From Glaucostegus cemiculus (Eukaryota): a stretch of 64,000 nucleotides of DNA. The notes beneath the pieces were generated by a model. The model was not told the DNA's origin. It did no database searches and saw nothing but the letters and a program-made list of their open reading frames with translations. Position numbers and translations under genes: made by a program. The stretch lies in assembly GCA_976551045.1 (NCBI GenBank), contig CDPCPM010000029.1, positions 33,418,001-33,482,000 on the forward strand, in the 5' to 3' direction. Every line of letters starts with the position of its first letter. Position 1 is the stretch's first letter. Below are positions 1 through 12,600 of this stretch, in pieces.

Positions 1-36
1 CCACACACTCGCCACTCTCTGAGTGAAAAACTTACA

Positions 37-300
37 TGTGGAGGCGGATACGACAGGGATACGACTGTTGGATAGGTACATGGAGCTTAGAAAAATAGAG
101 GGCTAGGGGTAAGCCAAGTAATTTCTAAGGTAGGGTCATGTTCAGTACAGCTTTGTGGGCCAAAGGGCCTGTATGTGCTGTAGGTTCTCTCTCTATGTGT
201 AGGCAGATGGGATTAGGTGGCATTCGTTTAATTAGTTCAGCACAACGTTATGGGCTGGAGGGTCTGTTCTTGTGCTGTATTGTCCAATGTTCTATGTTCT
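37..300 (+). mobile_element. CR1 (HER1-like) LINE 3' ends, two adjacent tails
   Basis: GGGCCAAAGGGCCTGT and GGGCTGGAGGGTCTGT 3'UTR motifs, each followed by a TTCTATG-type tail; they match the CR1 ends at 8480-8529 and 19768-19817. Confidence 0.8.
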
Positions 301-879
301 TTATCCAGGTTGACCTTAATCTAATTCAATCAAAGACTAGACCTGAGGGTCTGAATGACTCTAGAAGGTAGAATTTTCTGAATCTACTTTCTTACGCTTC
401 ACCCTAAAACAGGTTATCAAATCCAATCAAATTTCCTTCCCCTTTTGAATTATTCTTGTCAAATATTTATTGTGATTTTGAAAGTTTGTATATGTTGTGC
501 TTCCAGGAATTAATCTAGTATAATATTACATGTTCTGGGAGCTTTTTACCTTATGAATTTAATTCTGTTAACTTCACCCTCCATTCTATTAATTATAATC
601 TTGGATATGTGCCTTCTGACTACAAATGTAGTAGTCTGTTTAAAACAGATTTTCTCTATGTTTTTAACAATGCTCCTTATAATTTTGAACATGACAGTGT
701 CCATGTATATGAATGATCATTTGAATTACATATAAAAATTCAGACTCACTACCAGTCTGATCAGTGGAAGAGGAGAGTGACCCTTCTTTATTTAAGATTC
801 TCAGTTTCTTTTAGTCTTAAGGTCTTTCATTCATCATATTATCACAATGAATCTTTTTCTAAGTTTTCCTCTGACATCA

Positions 880-1460
880 GGATGAAGAAACAAGATACTG
901 GAGGAACTCAGCAGGCCAGGCAGCATTCAGGGACAGAAGCAGACGGTCAACTTTTCGGGTCAGGACCCTTCTTCAGGACTGAAGATAGGAAAAGGGGAAG
1001 CCCAATATATTTGAGGGAAAAGCAGAGCAGTGATAGATGGACAAAAGAGTGGAGGCAAGGTGGGCACAAGGTGATGATATGTAGATGTAGGCAAGAGATC
1101 GTGACAGGTGCGGGGGAGGAGGGGAGAGCAGATCTACCAGGGGATGGGTCAAAGGTGTGGAGGAAGACACCTCATGAGAGGAGGGGAGAGGAGGAAAGAA
1201 ATAGGTGATGATAAAAAAGAGAAATAAGCTAGGAAAGGGAAGAAAAGAAGAGGCATGGTGTGGGGGTGGAGTGGGGTTTGGTTTACTTAAAATGGGAGAA
1301 TTCAATGTTCATGCCATTAGGCTGTCAGGTCCCAAGAAGGAAAATGAGGGGCTGTTCCAACAGTTTGCGTTTGGACTTCTCCTGACAGTGGAGGAGGCCG
1401 AGGAATGACATAGCAGTGATGGAGTCTGAGGGGAAGTTGAAGTGACTGGCAATGGGGAGA
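880..1460 (-). mobile_element. Penelope-like element 3' part (GIY-YIG C-terminus and pLTR end)
   Basis: Minus-strand translation PIASHFNFPSDSITAMSFLGLLHCQEKSKRKLLEQPLIFLLGT*QPNGMNIEF resembles the PLE endonuclease C-terminus. It is followed by a pyrimidine-rich tract, a hammerhead motif and the conserved end ATGCTGCCTGGCCTGCTGAGTTCCTCCAG. Confidence 0.8.
944..981 (-). ncRNA. Minimal type-I hammerhead ribozyme motif in a Penelope pLTR
   Basis: Reverse complement reads CAGTC-CTGAAGA-A-GGGT(CCTG)ACCC-GAA-AAGT-T-GACCG: CUGANGA and GAAA cores, a 4-bp stem II and stem I GTC/GAC. Stem III is AAGT rather than the palindromic ACGT. Confidence 0.65.
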
Positions 1461-3144
1461 TGCAGATTTTTTTTCCAATGATAGCAACATTTTTTTCTAC
1501 AATGGGACACTGAAAACTGCCAGCAATAATCCAACCATAGACTCAGCAATAAGGTTTAACACTTTTCATTCTGTACTTTGCAGCTACCTAAAGTACACAG
1601 GAGAATTTCTGCAACAATGATAAATCTTTGTGGATTGATTAAACTGGCATTATGGATTGAATCCTGATTGCCATCTCCCTGTGACCCATCATGTTTCTTG
1701 TTCTCTTACAACCACACTATTGAATTCCAAATTTTCCTTCTTCCTCATCTATCCCATTATGACAAAAGGTACAAAGTCAGGTGTAGTTGTGGAGCACCTC
1801 CTGGTCAAAGCTGACATAGCTGATCAACAAGGGCCATTGAATCGATTTGTCGTATTTTGGGAAGCTACTTCCTCAGCAAGTTAAAGTCTTAACATTGCAT
1901 TTCAACTTATGAGGCTCTACCATACAGCTGTGTCTGAGAAGGAGGAAACAACAAAGAAACCATTGTTAATCCACATCCAGTGCTTCCTCTTTTAACTTTA
2001 ATCATCGTGTCTACAACATGTTAATCTCGATTCTGTCCATATCCATCAACAGTCTTTCCATCTTTTGTTTCTCATGAAACCCAAATTCCACTTTTTCATA
2101 TTTCTGCATTTTGACAGTTTACCACCATCTTCTGATGCAATATGTATTTGTTAACCTTTGTTCTGATAACTCTACTATGCACCTTAATTGCTTTCTTGAG
2201 CTAACTTTGTTTTCTATACTGTATCTAAAAATAGCTCACTCTCACTTCCTTAAATACTTTTGTTACCTGATTTGTCCTTCCAATACTGATCATTGTCCAG
2301 AACTTATCATTTTTGTAAAAAGAATGTCAAACTTAGCATCCAGTTTACTGAAAACACAGTTCTTTGTTACTTCAATAATTTGTACCAGCAAAGGCTCATC
2401 TCTTCCCTGATCTGCTGATCAGGCTGACATTAATTCATAACCCAGGTGAATCCAGTTATCTGCAAATACTTCATGGAATATACAAAACTACCCCTGATCA
2501 ATTAGCTATGTTGCATTATTTCCTTTTGCTTTTCTTTATTTTCATTTTAACTCATATTGTATTGAAGAAACTTCATAATTATACTCAGCATTGCCTCATA
2601 CGTGCCTCCTGTAGTCTGGCACTGTGGATTTTTTTTTCAACTGACATCAATTTTCTGGAAGCTTTATTTTCAGACAGATGTCAGCTCACTAAAAGGCTGT
2701 CAATCAAAACATTTCCCCATGTAAGCTTTTGAAAATGCTTTGTTCTTTGTTCCCTTTCCCTGTAGTTTTCAATCTTCTGTTGTTCACACACTTACAATGA
2801 CATTATGTATCTGTGGCTTCAAATTGCAATTACAAGAGTACTGACTTATTCAGTAAAATCATACATGCAGTTATTATGAATGCATTCACGATCTTGTTTC
2901 ACATGGCGCACTGACAAAATCTTCCCACTTGGTAAAGATGTTTCAACTTGAAAGGTCAATGGCTAATGTAATGAAAAGTTTTAAACTAAAATAGTAATAA
3001 TTAAACACCTTTATTCTGCTGTTTCTAATTGAGAATAAAGATGCTTTTTTTGCAGAATATTTTGATAGCTTCTCAATATTATTACTTTTTGTAAAAGCTA
3101 GAATATTGACCTTTGAGTTTCTGTATTACCATTCTTAAGCGTTA

Positions 3145-4282
3145 TAGAACAATACAGCAAAATACAGGCCCTTTGGCCCACCATGTTGTGCCATCCATCA
3201 AACCACACCTCATACTATCTAAGCCTTTTCTCCCACATATCCTTCTATCCCACATTCCTCCATATGCCTATCCAAAAATCTCTTAAACCTGTCCAATGTA
3301 TTTGCCTCCACCACCACCCAAGCCAGCGCATTCCATGCACCAACCACTCTCTGGGTGAAAAACCTCCCTCTGACATCTCCCCTGAGCTTCCCACCCATAA
3401 CCTTAAAGCCATGCCCTCTTGTCCTGAGCATTAGTGCTCTGGGAAAGAGGCGCTGGCTGTCTACTCTATCTATTCCTCTCAATGTTTTATATACCTCTAC
3501 CATCTCCTCTCATCCTTCTCTCCAATGAGTAAAGCCCTATCACCTTAAGCCTCTCCTCATATTCCATACCCTCTAATCCAGGCAGCATCCTGGTAAATCT
3601 CCTCTTCACTATCTCCAATGCCTCCACATCTTTCCTATAATGCGATGACCAGAACTGAACACAGTACTCTAATTGTGGTCTAAATAGAGTTTTGTAAAGC
3701 TGCATCATCACTTCACGGCTCTTAAGCTCAGTCCCACAATTTATGAAAGCGAACATCCCATAGGACTTCTTAACTGCCTTATACACCTGTGAGGCAACTT
3801 TCAGTGAACTGTTGATATGAACCCCCAGATCCCTCTGCTCCTCTACACTGCCAAGTACTTTGCCATTTACCTTGTACACTGCCCCAGAGTTTGTCCTTCC
3901 AAAGTGTACCACCTCATACTTCTCCGGATTGAACTCCATCTGCCACTTGTCTGCCCAGCTCTGCATCCTATCAATATTCCTCTGTAAGCTCCGACAGCCC
4001 TCCACATTATCCATAACACCACCGATCTTAGTGTCATCTGCAAACTTACTAACCCACCCTTCCACCCCCCTCACCTAAGTCACCTATAAATATAACAAAA
4101 AATAGAGGTCCCAGAACTGATTCCTGTGGGACACCACTAGTTACAGCCCTCCAATCCGAGGGCACTCCCTCTGCTTTCTACAGGCAAGCCAATTCCTAAT
4201 CCACACAGCCAAGCTTCCCTGGATCCCTTGGCCTCTGGCCTTCTGAAGAAGCCTACCATGAGGAACCTTATCAAATGCCTTA
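3145..4282 (-). mobile_element. 5'-truncated CR1 LINE (RT C-terminal half and 3'UTR)
   Basis: ORF 3487-4074 has [10 protein letters not shown]...WQMEFNPEK...RPQLEYCVQFW; ORF 3219-3503 has RTRGHGFK...FFTQRVVGAWNAL. Same subfamily as 4654-8529. Confidence 0.95.
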
Positions 4283-4653
4283 ATTAAGCATTGGTTACCT
4301 TAACCATTGTTTAAGTTTGTAGTCAGGACAGTGCAGTACTCAACCATCTATTCTGAGGTCAAGTAGAATAGTAATGTGAGAGTGAACCATTTACATCTGT
4401 TGCTGTGCTTTTCACTGCCCAGGGAATGGAACTAAGCTACAGGTAGATAAGAAAATACAGCTGTAGCTATCTCAGCTTGCCCATGTTGAAAATTTTACTC
4501 CTAATGAGATATGTGAAGTAGGAGTCCGCTTCAAAATAATTTATAACAAATTGTATATTAACTGGTAGGGTTTTAGTGGCAGTGTCATAATATTACTGGT
4601 TTAGCTGCCAAGAATCCTAATTATGGCAGTACCTTCGTTTATGTATTAGCAAT

Positions 4654-5519
4654 GGCAGTAAGTGTATGAGGCTGGAGGAACTTTGGCTCAGAGCTGATGA
4701 GCTGGAGTCGCAGCTACAGACACTACGCAGCAAACGGGAGGGAGAGAGCTATGTAGATACGGTTCATCAGGAGACAGTCACCCCCCTTAGACAGGTACTA
4801 CTGGAGTCCAGGTGTCAGATAGAATGGTGACTGTCAGGGGAGGGAAGAGGAAGAACAAGTCAGACAGGCGGACAGAGCAGGGAACCCTGCAGGCTGTTCC
4901 CCTCAGTAACAGGTTTTCCGCCTTGGAGGCTGATGAGGGGGGTGACCTGCAGGGGCCTAGCTGCAGTAACCAGGTATCTGGCACTGGGACTGGTACTGAT
5001 GCTCAGGAGGGAAGGGTGGAAAAGTGACATATAGTGGTGATAGGGGATTCTATAGTCAGGGAGACAGATAGGAGGTTCTGTGGCAGCGAGCATGAATCCC
5101 GGATGGTATGTTGCCTCCCAGGTGCCAGGGTGCAGGATGTCACTGCTCGGGTCCACAGGAGTCTTGAGTGGGAGGGTGAGCAGCCAGAAGTCGTGGTGCA
5201 TGTTGGCACCAACGACATAGGTAAGAAAGAGGATGAGGTCCTGAAGAGAGACTTTATGGAGTTAGGCAGGAGACTGAGGAACAGGACCTCGAGAGTATTG
5301 ATCTCAGGATTGCTGCCAGTGCCATGCGATAGTGAAGGCAGGAACAGGAGGTGGCAAATAAATGCATGGCTGAGAAGTTGGTGCAAGAGGGAGGGTTTTA
5401 GATTTCTGGATCATTGGGATCTCTTCTCGGGAAGGTGGGACCTGTACAGACAGGACAGGTTACACCCAAACCAGAAGGGGTTCGGTTTAGGTTTGCTAGA
5501 GTGGTTGCGGAGGGTTTAA
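4654..5519 (+). pseudogene. CR1 ORF1 remnant: Zn-finger/leucine-zipper part and SGNH/GDSL esterase domain
   Basis: SKCMRLEELWLRADELESQLQTLR (heptad leucines), VPLSNRFSALE, then VIGDSIVR, LPGARVQDV, HVGTNDIG and DRLHPN, which are SGNH blocks I, II, III and V. Frameshift near 4800 and stop at 5025-5027. Confidence 0.9.
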
Positions 5520-5583
5520 ACTAATTTGTGGGGGGGATGGGAACCGGAGCAGTAGGGCGGAGGAAGAAAGGGATGGAGGAGAG

Positions 5584-8450
5584 TTGGATCGAGAAGGTAG
5601 AGAGGCTTTGGGGAAGGAGAGGCAGGGTGCAGGCTATAAAAGTGGTAAAGTGGATGGACTAAAGTGTGTTTACTTTAATGCGAGAAATGTCAGGAATAAG
5701 GGAGATGAATTGAGGGCTTGGATAAGTATGGGGGACTATGATGTTGTAGCTATAACTGAGACGAGGCTGTCATCAGGACAGGAGTGGATATTGAACATTC
5801 CTGGTTTTCAGTGTTTTAAAAGGGATAGGGAAGGGGGGAGAAGAGAAGGAGGGGTGGCGATATTGGTCAGGGACGATGTTACGGCTGAGGAAAGGGTGGA
5901 TTTTGTGGAAGGATCCTCTCTCGAGTTGGTGTGGGTGGAAGTGAGGAACAGGAAAAGTATGGTTACGCTGCTGGGAGTATACTATAGGCCTCCCAGTAGC
6001 AGTAGAGCTATAGAGGAGCAGATTGGCAGGCAATGTTTGGACAGAAGCAAAAATAACAGGGTTATAATAATGGGTGATTTCAACTTCCCGAATATAGACT
6101 GGGACATGCTCAGTGCCAAAGGTTTAGATGGGAACGAGTTTGTTAAGTGTGTCCAGGATGGATTCCTGACGGAGTATGTTGACAGGCCGACTAGAGGGAA
6201 TGCGGTGTTGGATCTGGTTTTAGGAAATGAACCGGGACAGGTGAGGGATCTACTGGTGGGTGAGCATTTGGGGGACAGTGATCATTGCTCGATAAGCTTT
6301 AGAGTTGTCATGGACAGAGATAGGTGCAGAGAGAACAGGAAGATATTTAATTGGGGAAGGGCAGACTATGAGGCTATAAGGAGAGAACTTAGGAGTGTAA
6401 ATTGGGAAGTCCTTTTTGAGGGGAAGTGTACTGTGGAGATGTGGACGTTGTTCAGGGATGTTTTGCAGGATGTTAGGGATAAATATGTCCCGGCGAGACA
6501 GAGGAGGAATGGCAGGGTAAAGGAACCGTGGGTGATGAGAGAGGTGAAACATCTTGTTAGGAGGAAGAAGGCGGCTTACGTAAGGTGTAAGCAGCAAGGC
6601 TCGGATGTGGCCCGTGAGGAATATAGTATAGTGAGGAAGCAACTTAAGAAAGGGCTGAGGAGAGCTAGAAGGGGTCATGAAAAGATGTTGGCTCGTAGGG
6701 TTAAGGAAAATCCCAAGGCTTTTTTCTCATATGTGAAGGGCAGAAGGATGGCTAGGGTGAAGGTAGGTCCAATTAAGGATAAAGGTGGGAGGATGTGCCT
6801 GGAGGCGGCAGAAGTAGGGGAGGTACTGAATGAATACTTCTCTTCTGTATTCACCAAGGAGAGGGGTCTGGATGACACGACAGAGAGTGCTGGTAAGGGT
6901 AATGTTCTTGAGTGTGTAGCTATCCAGAGGGAGGTGGTGTTGAAATTGTTAAATAATATCAAGATAGATAAGTCTCCGGGGCCTGACGGAATATTCCCCA
7001 GGCTGCTTCGAGAGGCGAGGGAGGAGATTGTTGATATGCTGGTGAGCATCTTTGAGTCCTCGTTGTCCATGGGGATGGTGCCGGAGGATTGGTGGGTAGC
7101 GAATGTTGTTCCCTTGTTTAAGAAAGGTAGTAGGGATAGTCCGGGAAATTACAGGCCGGTGAGTCTCACGTCTCTGGTGGGTAAGCTGTTAGAAAGGATT
7201 CTGAGGGATAGGATCTATGAACACCTGGAGAGTCATGGACTGATTAGGGACAGTCAGCATGGCTTTGTGAAGGGAAGATCTTGCCTCACGAGCCTGATAG
7301 AATTCTTTGAAGAGGTGATGAGGAAGTTTGATGAGGACAGTGCAGTGGATGTAGTCTATATGGATTTTAGTAAGGCGTTCGATAAGGTTCCTCATGGCAG
7401 GCTTCTTCAGAAGGTCAGAGGTCAAGGCATCCAGGGGAGTTTGGCTGTGTGGATCAGGAATTGGCTTTCCTGTAGAAAGCAGAGGGTTGTGGTGGAGGGA
7501 GTGCCCTCAGATTGGAGGGCTGTGACTAGTGGTGCCCTGCATGGATCGGTTCTGGGGCCTCTACTCTTTGTTATATTTATAGATGACTTAGATGAAGGAG
7601 TGGAAGGATGGGTTGGTAAGTTTGCGGATGACACCAAGATCAGCGGTGTGGTAGATAGTGTGGAGGACTGTAGGAGCTTACAGAGGGATATTGATAGGAT
7701 GTAGAGCTGGGCGGACAGGTGGCAGATGGTGTTTAATCTGGAGAAGTGTGAGGTGGTGCACTTTGGTAGGACGAACTCCAGGGCAGAGTATGAGGTAAAT
7801 GGCAAGGTACTTGGCAGTGTAGAGGAGCAGAGGGATCTGGGGGTTCATATCCACAGCTCACTCAAAGTTGCCTCGCAGGTGGATAGGACAGTTAAGAAGG
7901 CTTATGGGATGTTAGCTTTTATAAATCGTGGGATTGAGTTCAAGAGAGGTGATGATGCTGCTTTATAAAACTCTAGTTAGGCCGCATTTAGAATATTGTG
8001 TTCAGTTCTGGTCGCCGCATTATAGGAAGGATGTGGAGGCATTGGAGAGGGTACAGAGGCGATTTACCAGGATGATGCCTGGATTAGAGGGTATGGAATA
8101 TAAAGAGAGGCTTAAGGTGCTAGGGCTCTACTCGTTGGAGAGGAGGAGGATGAGAGGGGACTTGATAGAGGTGTATAAGATATTGAGAGGAATAGATAGT
8201 TGACAGCCAGTGCCTCCTTCCCAGAGCACAGGTGCACAAGACGAGAGGGCATGGCTTTAAGATATTGGGCAGAAAGTTTAGGGGAGATGTCAGAGGGAAG
8301 TTTTTCACCCAGAGAGTGGTTGGCGCATAGAATGCGCTGCCTGGGGTGGTTAGTAGAGGCAGGTACGTTGGACAGGTTCAAGAGATTGTTAGTTAGGCAC
8401 ATGGAAGAATGTGGAATAGTAGGATATGTGGGAGGAAAGAGTTAGATTGT
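5584..8450 (+). pseudogene. CR1 ORF2 (APE endonuclease and reverse transcriptase); open for 706 aa to 7704, then a stop and frameshifts
   Basis: EN motifs YFNAR, VAITET, GVYYRPP, MGDFNFP, LDLVL, SDH. RT motifs [53 protein letters not shown] at 7702-7704 and a 5-nt deletion near 7947 relative to the copy at 61870. Confidence 0.95.
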
Positions 8451-9070
8451 GAGACGTTTGAAGGATGGCACAACTTGGTGGGCCGAAGGGCCTGTTTTGT
8501 GCTGTATTGTTCTATGGTTCTATGGTTCTTAACTGTTCCCTGATTAGATCCAAAACTTAATAGTACTCACCAAATGTATTATTACAATAAAAGTAGCCAA
8601 TCACTTTATATCATTTATGTTGCAAATGACAACGAATTAAAGACGGAATAATGCAAGAATCTTAGAATTATCTTACTGCACAATTAATAATAGGTTTGGC
8701 AGTGTTTTTGGAAGTGTGGATCAGTGGTGAGAAAAGCCCAAGGATGGATGCATGAGATCATAACATAATTATGCATGAGGAAGACCACTCTCTCTATCAA
8801 AATTCATCCCTCCAGAGAGATCGGATTGGTCCACTCTACTTTATGTAGAGTGATTCTCCAACCCTTGAACACTTTGATAATAACAACCACAATAACTATG
8901 TAACAGTTTAATGCAGACATCCCAGCCAATTCAGGAAAGCATAAAAAGGTATAAATTAACATTGTGAGAATGAAAATGAGAAAAAATCATAAATGAAACC
9001 ATGTCTCAAACAAATACAATAGGAAGGGTTGGGTTTATCCTGAAGCAGTAGAGGGATGAAAGAATTGAGA

Positions 9071-9125
9071 TCAAGTCAAGTTGAGTTAATTGTCATATGC
9101 ATAAGTACAGTGAGGTACAGGTGCA
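9071..9125 (-). mobile_element. Rex1-like LINE 3' terminal fragment
   Basis: CAAGTCAAGTTGAGTTAATTGTCATATGCATAAGTACAGTGAGGTACAG resembles the reverse of a Rex1 end (TGACAAT plus microsatellite tail). A similar piece is at 16094-16155. Confidence 0.45.
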
Positions 9126-9129
9126 GTTT

Positions 9130-9600
9130 GGGACAAAGATGGAAGACAATGGCTTTGGTCTTCTTCATGCTCAATTGGGGAAAACTGTGGATTATCCAGG
9201 ACTAGATGTTGGACAAGTAGCAGCAAAATATCATTTGAAATAGATGGTGGTGAAGTAAGAATGAGTTTTATTGATGCATGTTTGGTACTGTACCTTATAT
9301 GTTCAGATGATTTTTAGGGGCAGAAAAATGAGAAAGAACAATTGATTGGCTGTCCAAGAGGCAGCAGTATAGAAGGTGGAAGAGTAACCATTGCATTAAA
9401 TTAGAAACGTAAATGCAGAAGCAGTGATGGTGGACCCACACAGTAGGACAACAGAAGAGAGGCATTTACCTTTCCAATCATAGCCAGAAAATGTGTAGAA
9501 ATCTATAAGAAGCATAGAATGTAACAGAAGCAGTTAAGTTGTTGCCGGAGGAAAGGGCTGGGGCAGTAAAAGGTAACAATATGACTCTATCACTCCAAGA
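9130..9600 (-). mobile_element. Ancient L2-clade LINE RT fossil
   Basis: Minus-strand translation near 9150-9217, LSNI*SWIIHSFPQLSMKKTKAIVF, resembles the L2 motif CLSDIxxWMxxNFLQLNxxKTEAIVF. Confidence 0.55.
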
Positions 9601-12600
9601 TATAGTTGGTAAGCATCCAGAGTTTATTTAGCATTCCTTTTGATTTTATTGCTGCAAAGTTGGAAAAAGACTCCTACCAATACCTTTGACAAGACATACA
9701 TACCCAAAATACCAGAAAATGTTCAAAAATGTTGGGCTATCCATTTTGGTCCACCCTGCTGTTTATTCCCCGCAATCCCGCATACCCTATTACTGTTAGA
9801 AAGTCATCATTGCATTCTACTTTCACCATCCTTTTAAGTTCTGTTCCAGATTATAAATTTCCACTGTTTAAAAAATAATTTCACTGTGTTTTTTCCCAAT
9901 TACCTTCGCTTTATGTCAGGTGGTTACCAACCACACTTCAGTAGGAACAATTTCTCCAATTTGCTCTGTTAGAACAGTCCATACAGCTGAACATCCCTAT
10001 TGCCAAGGACAACCTTAGCTTCTCTAGTATTTCCACAGAATGATGTTATCAGTCATTGTTATTATTCTAGTAAATCTGATTTGAATTTCAATTTTTAACA
10101 TCTTAATTCTCAGGATGTCTCCAACAGGCATTTATCTCCCATGACTAGTTTCTCTGAGATGGTATTAGTGGACCTTCTGAGCAGGTTTGACAGCATCACA
10201 GCAAAGTGGTCATGTTCAAAGAGGATTTTCCCAATAGGACATAAGGAAAATTAGACTTTAGGTAGGCTGAGATTCACTATAAAACCTGTAATAAGTGAAA
10301 GCATAGCTTACATTTGAAGCAGACTTCATTATCCAGGGATCTGAAATAGTGCTTCTGGTTTATATCAGCACAATTGCTGAAACTGCATCTAAAGATCTTC
10401 TTGTAAAGAAAAATTGCTAATTCTCAGCAAACTTGCTCAAACAATGATCAGCACACTAATCATACTAAAAAATATCAGCTAGTTAATTCAGACCTGTGAT
10501 CAAACTAATCCATTAAAAAATAAAGAATATTGTGTGGTTTCTAGAGCAGTCTGACACTGAATTCAAGACTGACGTGGGTTCTTTGATCAATGTCAAGCTG
10601 CCCTGTATTCACTGTGGTATCAATTTAGTGTCCTGTTTGGTGGATTAAGTCACTGTGTAATTACTTCAAATAGATACTCCATAACAATATCTGATGTACA
10701 GATTTACTTTGTCATGAAAAACAACTTACATAAATATTTTAAATATATGGACTTAACACATAGAAAGATTGTTTAGGTCAACCATAATTTGCATTATTTT
10801 CACAAAGTTCCTGGATTCAGAGCAACTGAAAGTTGTTAGCACATCTGAGCTCACTGCTGTGGTTAAAATGGAGCCTAAATGTTCAAGGGTGACTAATGAA
10901 AGGAGACACTGGTGGTCACCAACATCTCCCAGTGGGAGAATCTCATCTAAAACTGGATGCGAGTAATGTCATAATGTATCAATATACTGATACTCTGGCA
11001 TAACACTATAGATCATTGTATTGATTTTCATTTGCATATCACTGATGATCATAAAGTTTGGCTTTAAGGGGACTGGCATGGCAACCAATAAAAGCTGAAA
11101 GAAGGTTAGATTTACAGCATTAAAAAAAATATTTATTGAATTTTTGCAACACTGTGATGCATAGGATGTGAACTACTGTGGAGAATTTCAATATTATATC
11201 AGAGTGTGAGAGACCTGGAAGTTAATCATGACTTGAGTTCAAAGTTCTATAGCATGGCTGCTTTGTGGCACGATTTAAAATGTTGTACATTATATAGTGT
11301 ATGAACCAATAACCATCAGAGACAACTGAAAATTATCTGCTATACTAATTGCACCATTATAAATATTACAACATGACTTTTAAATTATTTTTAAAATCTT
11401 TCAATGTGTATAAATCCTCCAAAGTGTTAAAGCAGCTCATAACATCCTTCATGAATGTGATTTTATTGCTTACATTTAATCTAATCTAGAATAATGTTAT
11501 TTTAAAAAGACTGATTGAAATAATATATTAATATTACCACTGGTATCTGCATCATACTATTGGTGTTTTATGTCAAAATGATGGCTAAACATCTGAGCGG
11601 AATGTACGTGGTCACTAAGAATGAAGCTTACTGTGGTAAATAGCTAACATACATCAGTACATGCACATCTGTCTGAAATATATGGAAAGGAATGTAAGCT
11701 GATGAATACAGTTAAATATGTCTATACTGTATCTATCAACATCTGTATCTGCATTCTCCTTATACATCATTCTCATTATTTTTGATTTATGTATATTAAC
11801 TAAAAGTAAGTACTCAAATGTATACACTTACAAATTCACACAATGTACAAAAATGCATAATTATATAAACCGCAATATGAAAAATAATCCAATCAAGAAA
11901 TGGTTAAGAAGGCAAAGAAATCATCATGCAAACCTCAAAGAATAATGATCCTTGTAGTTTTACTGCCATTCTATGTCAGACTAAAACTACAGATTACCTT
12001 CACAATACCTTTTAGGAGTTTTCTCATTTCTGGAGTAAAATAAATCTTGTATCAAAATAAATAGATTCTATTTTAGGAAGTATTAAATTTGGTTTAATTA
12101 CTGTATTTTCTGTTATGAGCTCATAAATGTTTTGTCTTATTGTTTTGCTTTATCTAGACAGCAGACTGTTCTGTCTCAAAGTGGTCCAAAGTCCATTTAT
12201 ACTAATGAAAAATAGCTGAGGTCTACCTTGGACTAGAATAAACCGGTTTGATAAACATTAAATAAATGTTCCAAACAATTGTACAGCAGTATTAGTTTTG
12301 TTTGACTTTGCTGTAAAATGAACTTGTTGCTATGTGGTAAATAGCAAACCCTATATATTCATGGCATTTAACTAGACAGAATAGAGGCTAAAATGTATCA
12401 AGTCATAATTAACTACAGCTGTTTCTCTGTTTCAAGTACTAGTTAACTTTTAACAATGCAAGGGGCAGTTCAACTCCTGATATTTGTTTATTTACATCAA
12501 ATCATTCAAAGCCTTTGTGATTTATAAACTGGGTAAACCGAGGAAGCCTTAAACTGGCCTCTGGGGGTCTCTTTGTTGACTATGGTATGGACCGGGATAC

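Larger units (their letters stand above)
4654..8529 (+). mobile_element. Near-full-length CR1 (HER1-like) LINE, 5'-truncated in ORF1 and inactivated by a few lesions
   Basis: ORF1 remnant, ORF2 with APE endonuclease and RT, 3'UTR GGGCCGAAGGGCCTGT and a (TTCTATGG)n tail at 8509-8529. Confidence 0.97.

Noticed and set aside
5773-7805. Several antisense ORFs of 78-142 aa
   Set aside because: Shadow frames of CR1 ORF2; similar ones recur in other CR1 copies.
10114-10261. AG...GT-bounded segment resembling an exon
   Set aside because: The longest frame hits a stop before the donor and the peptide is not recognisable.
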